A stretch of DNA of 64,000 nucleotides from Chthoniobacterales bacterium (GTDB taxonomy: Bacteria; Verrucomicrobiota; Verrucomicrobiia; Chthoniobacterales; Chthoniobacteraceae), in contig JBBQZX010000013.1 in assembly GCA_038207335.1 (NCBI GenBank), positions 32,001-96,000 on the forward strand, in the 5' to 3' direction. How positions within the stretch are numbered: the stretch's first letter is position 1; every line of letters starts with the position of its first letter. The translations under genes were made by a program, and so were the position numbers. Shown here in pieces: positions 1 through 9,188 of the stretch. The notes beneath the pieces were generated by a model. The model saw only the letters and a list, made by a program, of their open reading frames with translations. It was not told the origin of the DNA and made no database searches.

Positions 1-333
1 TTTCCATTGGATTGATTTGGCGAGGGCACCGGCGCCGAACGCGTTAAGGAGTTCGAGCTTTTCGGCGCGCCACTGCCAGCCAGAGACGCCGACATCAATG
101 AGCAAGCCTAGGCAGACGCCGGCGAGGAGTATCGAAAGCCGCGGATGGCGGTAGAGGATGGCAGCGGCGGCGATGACTGCCGCCGCTGCCCAAAGGCGTC
201 CCCCGCCGCCCCAAGTAGTTTCGCCCAGACGGAGGGTGCCTGCGATGGGGACTGTGGCAAACGGTAGGAAGTGCGCGCCGAGGATGGCGACGGTGGCAAG
301 AAGACCAGCGAGCAGTGGAATGAGACGGTTCAT
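1..333 (-). CDS. Hypothetical membrane protein (partial, runs off the window start)
   Basis: ATG at 333-331 overlaps the TGA of the upstream ABC gene (ATGA coupling). The frame is open to position 1 (MNRLIPLLAGLLATVAILGAHFLPF...) with about three hydrophobic segments. Not in the supplied ORF track. Confidence 0.7.
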   Translation of the reverse strand, partial: MNRLIPLLAGLLATVAILGAHFLPFATVPIAGTLRLGETTWGGGGRLWAAAAVIAAAAILYRHPRLSILLAGVCLGLLIDVGVSGWQWRAEKLELLNAFGAGALAKSIQWK

Positions 334-3300
334 GAGCCGGCTTGTCGTTTGGAGAGGTTGACGAGCAATAAGATGTAACAGCCAGCGATCCAACCGCCGA
401 GGACAGCCCAGCTCGTAATCGCGGGGACGGTCAGTTTGTAGGAGACTCCTTGCGGGAATAGGACATCACGGCGCGATTCAATGGTATCTCGAGCCGGAGC
501 TTTGATTCGCGCGCCAACGGTGTGGCCGCGCACGATGAGGTTTTGCCAGGACTTGCTGACTTCGGAGAGCTTGTCGTAGCTCTCGGTTTCGGGAGCATCG
601 TTCTCGGTGAAACGGACGGTCTCTTTTTCGTAAGGCGGGGAGGAAAGGAACGCCGGGATCTTGGTCTTGTTCGTAATGAGTGGCGTGATGCGCCCGTAAA
701 GGTTTGCGGTATCCATGAGACGCTGCAAATTGAAGCTCGGAAGGACGGAGCTAAACCACAGGACTGGGCGCGCCATTTCGGGGGAGGTGACGACGAAACC
801 GCCGAAAAGGATTTGCGGAATCAGGATCAATGGAACCCACATGACGGCTTGGGTAACTGTATTGACCGAGGCGGAAACCAGCAGACCGAGAGCGACTCCG
901 CAAACCGCCGCGGCAAGCAAAGCGCCGACTCGGAGACTCAGGAGAGTGGCGAGGAAGCCAATCCAAGAGCGTTGGTCGTTGAAGTTGAAGGGGGTGGAGT
1001 AATTGTCTTCGCGTTTGACTCCGAGTTCGTCGAGGACGTTGTCTTTCACACGAAAGAACCACGCGATGTTTTCGAGAACCTTGAACTCTCGGTCGGACGC
1101 GACGAGGCCGGTGGGATTGGAGTAATGTGCGGTGTTTTCGACGATCGGTGGCTTGTAGTTATCAGCATCGACGATGAGAAAGTCGTCGGCAGGAGCGGCC
1201 ACGGGCTCGGTGCTGGAGTCGGCGGTTGTCTTTACCGCCGCGGGCTTCATGAATTCCGGCTGATCGGCAAAGAAGAGCTGCGCAAAGACGGCGTGTTCGG
1301 CTGCGTTATCGTGTTTCTCGAGATTCGGAAGGATTTCGGGATTGAATAAGTGGTGCGTACAAAGGACCGCGAGGAAAAGGATGATCGCTTGGACGGAGGT
1401 GATCGCGGACTGGAAGATCAGCTTGCTGACGACATAGACGTTCAGACCGACTCCGGCGAGGCGCTCGCGGCGGAAGATGGGAAGTTCCGCAACGATTTGT
1501 TGCGCGCCATTGCTGCACCCAAACCACAGGGTTGCGATGACGGTGATGAACATCTGAAAGACGAGATTTTCGCTCACCCATCCAACGAGAATCCCGATGA
1601 CCATGGCCTGCGCGAGGAGGAAGATGTAATTGAGCGGGTCGGCGATGAGGATGCGCCATTGGCGGGCGAGGAGGACGCTGAGGACCTTGATCGCCCCGGG
1701 GCGACGCGGTCCTGCTTGGGCCACCGCGTCGGGATCTTCGGCCTCGTGAACGGGCAGGAATTGCCGGCCTTTGAACGCGGCGAAGGCGTCAGCCATCTCC
1801 GCGGCGACTTTGGCGTCGAGATGGCGCTTGTTTAAGGTGGTGCCTTCGGGGGTGGCGCGGATTTGTTCGGCCCGGCGAGCGACGCTGCGCCCGACTTCGC
1901 CGTACACTTTTGGCAATTTGCTGAGAAGCTCGTCGTCGGAAATGCGTAGGGGTGCACCCGAGGAGCCGTAGCTGGAGCCGGCGGAGGCCGGGGTCGGGGT
2001 TGCGCCGTGGCTACCGGAGGCGGAGGAGGAGCTGTTGGGATTGCGACGGTCGCCGACGAGGAAGTAACGGACGGCTTCGGCGGAACGTCCGAGGAAAATG
2101 ATGCGACCGCCGTGGACCCAGACGATGGCTTTGAAAAGGTGGCTGTTCTGCAGGACGTGGGTGGTGCAGAGGATGCCCATGCGTTTGTTGCGCGCGAGGA
2201 CGGAGAGCTCGGTCATGAGTTCGCTTTCGGTCTGCGGGTCGAGGCCGGAGGTCGGCTCGTCGAGGAAGAGAAAACGCGGGTTCATGATGAGCTCGGAGGC
2301 GATGCTCACGCGCTTGCATTGACCACCGGAAAGGACGCGCACGGGTTTTGCTTGGTGCTCAGTGAGGGAGAGTGTGGCGAGGACCGTGTCCACGGCTTCC
2401 TCGACCTGCCGTTTTGGCAGTAAGACGCGCAAATTCGCCCCATAGACGAGCGCTTGGCGGACGGTGAGTTCTTTGTGGACGATGTCTTCCTGTGGGACGT
2501 ATCCGATCCCGGTCTTCGCCATATCCGCCGGGCCGGTGATGCGGCGTCCATCGATCCAGACGGCACCTGCCTGCGCGGGAGCCATGCCGCAGACGGCCTT
2601 CATCAGTGTGGATTTTCCCTGACCGCTGCCGCCGAGGACACCGACGAAATCTCCGCATTCGAGGTCGAGATCGACATCGGCGAGGATTTTGAATCCATCG
2701 TCTGCGACGCGCGCGAGCCCACGGGCCTGGATCGCGCCGCCTTGGCCGATGTGCGAGAGGGAGGTGCCGTTGAATTGGAATGTGTAGTAGTCGTAATCGG
2801 GAATCTGGATGCAATCGCCGAAGACGAGCCTCTCCCGCGTGAAGCCTTGGTCGCCGTTGAGCTTCGTGCGGTATTTGGAGTGGTCGTGGTGGTTGATCAG
2901 GTAGATGCCATCATTCTCGCGGACGAGTTCCGCCTGTTTGCTTGAGATGCTGAAAATCTCGGTGTCGAGAGCGAGGCGCGGGGTTGCTTCGCCGGCGCGA
3001 TTTTCGCTCCCACGTCCGATGATGAGGCCACCCGGAGGGATCGTGAGCTCGGAGCACGGCTTGCCTCCGTAGAGCGGTGCGGCGGGTGTGCGCTCGAGGA
3101 GAAAGGAAAGGTCGAGGCAATTGATGACACAACTGGAGACGGAGAGGATGCGCGACTCGGTGGGTCGCAGTGGGACGTTATTTACGGAGACTGTGTCCTC
3201 GGGACCGCGGCTCGAGAGCGCCCACGAGCAGGCGCGCGCCATCCAAGTCAGGCAGAGGTGGCCATTGGCGAGGCCGATTGTCTCGACGACTACCATGGAG

Positions 3301-3419
3301 CCGGGGCCGCCGATGGTGACTGGAGTGCCCTCGCCGCGCGTGCGGCCCGAGAGGTCGTCGAGGTCGAACGTCGCGGCGATTGCGTGATTGGCGTCGAGGA
3401 GGGAGAATCTGGAAATCAT
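330..3419 (-). CDS. FHA-domain ABC exporter (FHA-FHA-ATPase-ABC2 permease fusion, Rv1747-like)
   Basis: FHA-like IIGRG...SISSKQA...TKLNG, Walker A GGSGQGKST, signature LSGGQ, Walker B FLFLDEPTSGLD, and permease motifs IFRRERLAG and LILIPQILFGG. Confidence 0.9.
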   Translation of the reverse strand: MISRFSLLDANHAIAATFDLDDLSGRTRGEGTPVTIGGPGSMVVVETIGLANGHLCLTWMARACSWALSSRGPEDTVSVNNVPLRPTESRILSVSSCVINCLDLSFLLERTPAAPLYGGKPCSELTIPPGGLIIGRGSENRAGEATPRLALDTEIFSISSKQAELVRENDGIYLINHHDHSKYRTKLNGDQGFTRERLVFGDCIQIPDYDYYTFQFNGTSLSHIGQGGAIQARGLARVADDGFKILADVDLDLECGDFVGVLGGSGQGKSTLMKAVCGMAPAQAGAVWIDGRRITGPADMAKTGIGYVPQEDIVHKELTVRQALVYGANLRVLLPKRQVEEAVDTVLATLSLTEHQAKPVRVLSGGQCKRVSIASELIMNPRFLFLDEPTSGLDPQTESELMTELSVLARNKRMGILCTTHVLQNSHLFKAIVWVHGGRIIFLGRSAEAVRYFLVGDRRNPNSSSSASGSHGATPTPASAGSSYGSSGAPLRISDDELLSKLPKVYGEVGRSVARRAEQIRATPEGTTLNKRHLDAKVAAEMADAFAAFKGRQFLPVHEAEDPDAVAQAGPRRPGAIKVLSVLLARQWRILIADPLNYIFLLAQAMVIGILVGWVSENLVFQMFITVIATLWFGCSNGAQQIVAELPIFRRERLAGVGLNVYVVSKLIFQSAITSVQAIILFLAVLCTHHLFNPEILPNLEKHDNAAEHAVFAQLFFADQPEFMKPAAVKTTADSSTEPVAAPADDFLIVDADNYKPPIVENTAHYSNPTGLVASDREFKVLENIAWFFRVKDNVLDELGVKREDNYSTPFNFNDQRSWIGFLATLLSLRVGALLAAAVCGVALGLLVSASVNTVTQAVMWVPLILIPQILFGGFVVTSPEMARPVLWFSSVLPSFNLQRLMDTANLYGRITPLITNKTKIPAFLSSPPYEKETVRFTENDAPETESYDKLSEVSKSWQNLIVRGHTVGARIKAPARDTIESRRDVLFPQGVSYKLTVPAITSWAVLGGWIAGCYILLLVNLSKRQAGS

Positions 3420-3456
3420 TGCCGCGCTTCCCGTGGACCCTCAGCCGCAAGCGCGA

Positions 3457-3927
3457 TCATTTCGGCACTGGGCCCCAATCCATGTCGATGTGTTTGCGTC
3501 CGTCGGAGGAGCGCACGTCGCCGGAGCCGCCACGGGTGCGGACGCCTTCGGGTTGTTTGGCCTGAGGGGGAGGAGTGTCGGAGAGCTTGAAGTCGCCGTT
3601 TGTTGTGGCCGGATCGTCACGGCGCGCCGCCTCCGCGCGAGCTGCGCCAAGTAGAGGCGCCAGTTCTTTTGCCAGTGCCTGCACATCCACCTTCGCCTTT
3701 GAGCGCGCTTCATCGAGCTCCGCTTGCATGGCCTGCATCTTTCCCTGCGCTTCGCTGAGCTGCGCGCGCAGGGTGCCCTCCGAGAGCTGTACGCGAGAGA
3801 GTTCCCGCTCTTTTTCGTCGATGCGTTTTTGAAAGGACTCGGAAAGTGCGCCGATTTGTCTGCTCTGGCTGTCGCAAGCGGAGAACAAACTGAGCGTCGC
3901 GACGGCGAGCACCGCGCTCCAGCGCAT
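3457..3927 (-). CDS. Putative lipoprotein with coiled coil
   Basis: MRWSAVLAVATLSLFSAC lipobox followed by a heptad-rich helical region. Co-oriented with and 37 bp upstream of the ABC gene. Start re-picked from the longer ORF. Confidence 0.7.
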   Translation of the reverse strand: MRWSAVLAVATLSLFSACDSQSRQIGALSESFQKRIDEKERELSRVQLSEGTLRAQLSEAQGKMQAMQAELDEARSKAKVDVQALAKELAPLLGAARAEAARRDDPATTNGDFKLSDTPPPQAKQPEGVRTRGGSGDVRSSDGRKHIDMDWGPVPK

Positions 3928-4084
3928 GCCACGGTTAGTTGAAGGTGGAGGATTCGTGGAAAGGGTGAGCGATTTCATGCAAGGTCGGAAACTAGACTGG
4001 CGAACGCCGCCGTCCGGCAGGATCGGAAAAACGCAAATGATTCTTGACCGGCACACGACTGCAAGCCTTTTCTTTTTGTGTCCT

Positions 4085-4948
4085 ATGATCTCCAAAATTG
4101 TCCGGCTTCCGGTGCTCTTCCTCTTCGCCACGGTGTTAGTGATTCCGGGAAGCGCGCTTCGTGGACAGGATGCGCCGAAGGACCGCCAGAATGTTGGCCT
4201 TCCACAAATCAGCGTCATCGACAAGCTGCTTGCGGCAGAGATCAGCCTCGGGCCGAGCATGAAGCTGCGCGATGAAGAGGCGTGGGCTTCGCAATACAAG
4301 GCGCTTTACGGAAAATACAAGGAAGAGGCGAATCCGGGGAACATGTCCAAGAGTCGCACCGTGCTGGCGATGGCGCTCGGGATCAAAGCCTCGGATGGGG
4401 TGATAGCCTTGAAAGCGCGAGACATGGAAGCCCTGAACGACTGCGCCGAGCAGATCGAAAAGCTCGCGGCAAAGCTAGAGGTGCCCGGCAAAAATCTCGA
4501 GCGCGCCAGCATCGTCAAACACCACGCGAAACAGCAACACTGGGTAGAGGCATTCATGGAACTCGGATATTTGCAGTACCAGATCATGAGGACGCTGGAG
4601 AATAACCCCGAGCAGCGCGACGACGCGATGCTAGTCATCATCGGAGGCTGGCTCCAAGGCGGGCGCTGCGTTACTGGCCTTCTCTCCGAGCATTACACGC
4701 CAGAGGCCTCGAACATCCTGCGCGAGCCAAAACTCGTGGCGCTAATGATCAAGGAACTCGATAAGCTCAAACCAGAATACAAGCAGGATCCTGTGGTCGC
4801 GGCCGTGTTGAAGTTTCTCCCCGACGTGCAGCATAAGATCGATGTGGGGCTGCACGATCCCATCCCGCTCGAAGTGTTGAAATCGCTGAACGAAGGCTTC
4901 GAGCGGCTCGTCAAGCTGATCATGAAGCCGTCGGCTGCCGCTCCTTGA
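4085..4948 (+). CDS. Secreted all-helical hypothetical protein
   Basis: Signal peptide MISKIVRLPVLFLFATVLVIPGSALRG, realistic amino-acid composition, motifs ALGIKASDG and IIGGWLQG. Confidence 0.75.
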   Translation: MISKIVRLPVLFLFATVLVIPGSALRGQDAPKDRQNVGLPQISVIDKLLAAEISLGPSMKLRDEEAWASQYKALYGKYKEEANPGNMSKSRTVLAMALGIKASDGVIALKARDMEALNDCAEQIEKLAAKLEVPGKNLERASIVKHHAKQQHWVEAFMELGYLQYQIMRTLENNPEQRDDAMLVIIGGWLQGGRCVTGLLSEHYTPEASNILREPKLVALMIKELDKLKPEYKQDPVVAAVLKFLPDVQHKIDVGLHDPIPLEVLKSLNEGFERLVKLIMKPSAAAP

Positions 4949-5050
4949 GCTGAATTTTTTTAATGGAGGAGAGTCGAGGAGACGCTTCTTAGCACGCAAA
5001 GCCAAGTTTCATTGCTCGCAGGATCAAAAACCGATAACGCTGCTTTTGAT

Positions 5051-8000
5051 ATGGAAAGTCCAACGCTCAATTACGAACACTTTCAGATCGAGACCGATAT
5101 CACGGGTGCCCCGGTCGAGCTGGATTCCAACGGGCAGGGAGTGACTTATCGCGCTTACGATACGCGGCTCAGAAAAACCGTTGCACTCAAGATTGTCCGG
5201 CGCGAATTGCTCCAGGACGACAACAATCGAAAACGGTTTCTCAACGAGGCGCGCGCGGCTGCCGCGCTCGACCACCCGAATATAGCGCGGGTGATCCACC
5301 TTTGCCCGGCGGACGCCGATGAGTTTTACTACGCGATGGAGATCGTGGATGGGGAGCCGCTCACGCAATACATCGAGCGGGAGGGGCCTATGCCACTGGA
5401 TCAGGCACTCCGCACGCTCCAGCCGATTGCCGAGGCGTTGATCGCGCTGGGCAATCAGCGGTTCGTCCACCGCGACATCCAGCCGGGAAACATTATGCTT
5501 ACGACTGGCGCGCAGGGGACGCCGACCGTGAAGCTCATCGATTTCGGCCTCGCGAAATCTATCGGCACGCAGGCGGGATTGCTCGAAGTCGTCAACACGG
5601 CGGAACTGCGCGCCAGCAGTGTCTATAATCTGAGCCCGGAGCAGATTCATGGAAATATCGCGATCGACTCCCGCGCGGATTTTTATGCGCTCGGCATCAC
5701 ACTCTGGACCTTGCTGACGGGCCATCCGCCGTTTGTCGGCAGTCCATTCGAGGTCAATGAAGGCCACCTCCACCGGGAGTTGCCGTGGGCGGAACTGCCC
5801 AACCTGCCGCCTCCGGCGCGCGGGTTGCTCGAGTCGATTTTGGCAAAAAGCGCGAGCGATCGACCCGCCGATGCGCACGCGCTGTGCAAGATGTGGGAGG
5901 CGGCGATTGCGAGCGCCGGGACCGGAGTGATGCCAATGCCGCGATCCGCGGGCCGAAAAAAAGAGGCGTCGAAGGAGCCGGCTGAGGAGACTGAAAGTGC
6001 GACAGCGGTTGGTAATCTGCGGCCCCTACACGAGGCTCCCGAGGGATGTTCCGAGCCGTCGCCTGCCGGAGTGCTCGCGGAAAAAGAGCGCGGTGGCGCG
6101 CTTTTCGTCGTCCGCACCATCCCCGAGCAACTCTCGGAATCCGTGCGCGACGAGCTTTTGCAAGCAACAAAGGCATCGCTCGATCACCCGCATCCGGCGC
6201 TGCTGAATGCTCGCGAAATTCGCGGCGCGCAGATCGTCAGCGACTGGAGGAAAGGGATCACGGCGGCGAAGCTGATCGCGATTCGGCGCGCGGACATTCC
6301 GCACGAGGTGATTCGCGGGTGGCTGCCGGCGGTCGCGCAAGCCGTCGATTGGGCGCGCGAAAACGGAGTGCAGCGGGCGACTTATCTGCCGACGAACTGG
6401 CTCGTGGAATTCCTCGATGCCGAGGTGGAGGAAACGCCGCTCGATCGTGCGCTGCGCGAGCCCGGCGTGTGGGGGCGCACCGCGGTGCGCGTCGATCCGC
6501 TGGCCGGTTTCGATTCGCTGCTGCTGGTCGCGGAGTCCGATCCGAATCAAACTTTGCTTCCCGGGGGCGGAGATCCGTTGACCTTTCCCTCCGCCTACAT
6601 TTCCGCGTTTGCACGCGGAGTGCGGGAGGCATTAGGCGGGCACTACCGGCAGGAAGAAGCGCCGCTGGCCACGATCAGCGAAGCGGCGAATGCTCTGCTC
6701 CTGGGTGCCATCAAGGGCCGCTCGGGATACGAAACCGCGGAGGCGTGGGCCGCTGCGTTTCTCGCCAGCGACGAGTCGAATGTTCCGGTAGCGCCTGTAC
6801 CCGCCGCGGCAATCACGCCGGGGATTCACGTGGCCGTGCGTGGGCTCGAAGGAGCAATGCGACGCGCTCCGGCGGCTGCCAAGAGTGGTGCTGCGGTTGG
6901 TGGATTTGCACAATTTTGGCGCTCAATGCCGGTCGCCGCGCGCTGGGCTGCGATCGTGGTCGCGCTGTTCCTGGTCGGTGGGCTCGCGTGGGGTTTCCTC
7001 GCTTCCCGCGCCAGAGCGCAGCGGGATGCCGTGACCGTCGCGCCGGTTGTGCCGCCTGCCTCGCCGGCGCGGCAGGATCTCGAGCGGGCAGAGGGCGCGT
7101 TTGCGAATGGCAATCGCGAACTCGCAAAAGGTCTGCTGCAGGACGTGCGGTCGAACATGCAGGGCAACGATGCGCAGGATCTGGAGCCGCGGATTGCCCA
7201 ACTCGAACAGCGAATGGAGGCGACAGCTCCGAAACCTCCGCGTGTGACGAGCATGGCGGAGAGAATCGAAGCTGCAACGAAGGATGAGTCTTTTGAGAAT
7301 GCGCTTGCGATGAAGTTCGTCCCGGTGCCGATCACGGGCGGGGAAACGGATGGGAGCCGCGTGCTTTTCGCGAGTACGGAGACGACCGTGGGTGTCTTCG
7401 AGAAATTCGCGAACAAGGAGTTATGGAAGCGTCAGCCGGGCCAGCAGGAGAACGATCCGGCTGTTTATCTCGTGCCGACGGACGCAGAGGCCTTCTGCCG
7501 TTGGATGAACAAGAAGTACAAGCTGCCGGGCAAATGGGAATATCGGCTGCCGACCGATCACGAGTGGAGCTGCGCGGCAGGGATCGGCGACAAGGAAGAT
7601 GCGGCGCTGCCAGCCAAGCAGCAGCAACCGGAGCGGAAAGAATATGCGTGGGGCGCATGGCCGCCAAAGCCCGCGAGTGGCAATTTTGCGGATGAAAGTT
7701 TCCGCAGCCTCCCGGGCGTGGACCCCACCGCGAGCGTGGTGAGCGGTTACAACGATGGATTCGCCGGCACTTCGCCGGTCGGAACCTTTGCGGTAAACCG
7801 GTTCGGGCTCTTCGACCTCGCGGGAAATGCGGCGGAGTGGTGCTACGATTCAACCGGATACGTTCTCCGCGGCGGCTCGTACTACAGCTCGAAGAAAGCG
7901 GAACTGGACCTTGCTGCGCGCCGTATCGGCGAAACGGACTCCCGTCAACCAATGAACGGCTTCCGCGTGGTGATCTCGGACCGGATCCCGCCGCGTCCTG

Positions 8001-8209
8001 TGGGCGGCACAGCGGCGGGTGCCACCACGGGCACCGCTCCCTCCTCGCGAGCGAATCAGGCGATTTCAGGCTCATTCCCCGGTTCGACTTATTCCGGATC
8101 CGTGCAAACGCCGCAGATCGTTCGCCCGCAGCCGGCGACCAATCCAGGCACCGTTACCACAATCACCCCACTCCCCCAAGCGCCCCTACCGTCAAACATT
8201 GGGCGTTAG
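5051..8209 (+). CDS. Membrane Ser/Thr kinase-like protein 1 (kinase, degenerate kinase, TM, FGE-sulfatase/SUMF1 domain)
   Basis: VALK, HPNIARV, HRDIQPGN, DFGLAK and SPEQ. TM near 6940-7005. C-terminal YRLPTDHEW, GLFDLAGNAAEW, RGGSY, GFRVV. Confidence 0.9.
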   Translation: MESPTLNYEHFQIETDITGAPVELDSNGQGVTYRAYDTRLRKTVALKIVRRELLQDDNNRKRFLNEARAAAALDHPNIARVIHLCPADADEFYYAMEIVDGEPLTQYIEREGPMPLDQALRTLQPIAEALIALGNQRFVHRDIQPGNIMLTTGAQGTPTVKLIDFGLAKSIGTQAGLLEVVNTAELRASSVYNLSPEQIHGNIAIDSRADFYALGITLWTLLTGHPPFVGSPFEVNEGHLHRELPWAELPNLPPPARGLLESILAKSASDRPADAHALCKMWEAAIASAGTGVMPMPRSAGRKKEASKEPAEETESATAVGNLRPLHEAPEGCSEPSPAGVLAEKERGGALFVVRTIPEQLSESVRDELLQATKASLDHPHPALLNAREIRGAQIVSDWRKGITAAKLIAIRRADIPHEVIRGWLPAVAQAVDWARENGVQRATYLPTNWLVEFLDAEVEETPLDRALREPGVWGRTAVRVDPLAGFDSLLLVAESDPNQTLLPGGGDPLTFPSAYISAFARGVREALGGHYRQEEAPLATISEAANALLLGAIKGRSGYETAEAWAAAFLASDESNVPVAPVPAAAITPGIHVAVRGLEGAMRRAPAAAKSGAAVGGFAQFWRSMPVAARWAAIVVALFLVGGLAWGFLASRARAQRDAVTVAPVVPPASPARQDLERAEGAFANGNRELAKGLLQDVRSNMQGNDAQDLEPRIAQLEQRMEATAPKPPRVTSMAERIEAATKDESFENALAMKFVPVPITGGETDGSRVLFASTETTVGVFEKFANKELWKRQPGQQENDPAVYLVPTDAEAFCRWMNKKYKLPGKWEYRLPTDHEWSCAAGIGDKEDAALPAKQQQPERKEYAWGAWPPKPASGNFADESFRSLPGVDPTASVVSGYNDGFAGTSPVGTFAVNRFGLFDLAGNAAEWCYDSTGYVLRGGSYYSSKKAELDLAARRIGETDSRQPMNGFRVVISDRIPPRPVGGTAAGATTGTAPSSRANQAISGSFPGSTYSGSVQTPQIVRPQPATNPGTVTTITPLPQAPLPSNIGR

Positions 8210-8222
8210 GCGTTTTCGGGAC

Positions 8223-9098
8223 TCAGCGGAGCGTGTGCAGCCCAGTCACAGGTGGGAATCCTTTCACCGCGTGGCTCCCCGGCACCGGATCGAGAATAAT
8301 GTCACTTTTCAAACGCTCCGCCGCCGCCGCGCTCATCAGAAATGGCAGACGGAGCCCGGCCGCGACTTTCTCCAGCCGAAAGCCGAGGGATAGATCGTCA
8401 CTCATCAGGCTCTCCTCGCCGAGCGAAGGCGCGCCGCCAATCGCGACATTTCCCCAATGCAGCGCGACCCGGTACGCGACTTTCGACTTCTCATGCAGCT
8501 CGCGAAATTCCCTCACCGCAGCCGCGACCCGCTTCGCCACGCCCTCGCCTTCGCGCCAGAACGCGAGAAATCCGTCGCCGGTGTATTTGTTGATTCGCCC
8601 GCCGTTTTTGCTCACGAGCTCGGAAGTCGCGGCGAGCCAGCCGCCGACGCGGATCGCGAGTTCGGCGGGCGGCATCGTTTTGCTCAGGGCCGAATATCCT
8701 TCGAGGTCGGCGATCAAAATCCAGCGCTCCTCGACGCGCACATCATGCGCGGTGGAGATGAGCAGTGACTGCGCGCGGATGAGCGCGGCGGTCGTCGTCT
8801 GGCGAAAAGTGAGTTCGACGCCATGTCCGAGATTCACAGAGTCCCCATCCTGCAGGCAGACCGGAGCGACGACTCGCTCCCTGTTGACGTATGTGCCGTT
8901 CGTGCTGCCGAGATCGACGATCCAAAACTCGCCGCTGTCCTGCGAGTGGATGAGCACATGGCGGCGCGAGACTTTATCGTGTGCAAAGCCGTATCGATTG
9001 ATCGTGCTGGCGCGGCCGAGCGACGAGGTGCCATTGAGCGGATACCGCTGGCCGGCGGTGTCCTCGAGCCACGGCGATTCAACCATTTCGGGAGGCAT
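8223..9098 (-). CDS. FHA domain plus class III adenylate/guanylate cyclase domain protein
   Basis: FHA motifs LGRA, VSRRH and DLGSTNGTYVN. Cyclase motifs LIADLEGYS, KYTGDG and FRLEK. Start could also be 9086. Confidence 0.88.
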   Translation of the reverse strand: MPPEMVESPWLEDTAGQRYPLNGTSSLGRASTINRYGFAHDKVSRRHVLIHSQDSGEFWIVDLGSTNGTYVNRERVVAPVCLQDGDSVNLGHGVELTFRQTTTAALIRAQSLLISTAHDVRVEERWILIADLEGYSALSKTMPPAELAIRVGGWLAATSELVSKNGGRINKYTGDGFLAFWREGEGVAKRVAAAVREFRELHEKSKVAYRVALHWGNVAIGGAPSLGEESLMSDDLSLGFRLEKVAAGLRLPFLMSAAAAERLKSDIILDPVPGSHAVKGFPPVTGLHTLR

Positions 9099-9188
9099 CG
9101 CGCATTCGATAGTGAGTGTGGGCAGGGAACGCAAGCGCGGCCTCGTGCGAGGCGCATCGCGGCGGAACGCCATCAGCTGCTGACTCCG

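Noticed and set aside
7837..9183. Long alternative or antisense ORFs (also 12663-14000, 19386-20786, 49565-51109, 57353-58849, 58940-60160)
   Set aside because: They overlap well-supported genes and have Arg/Pro-rich or shadow composition typical of high-GC DNA.
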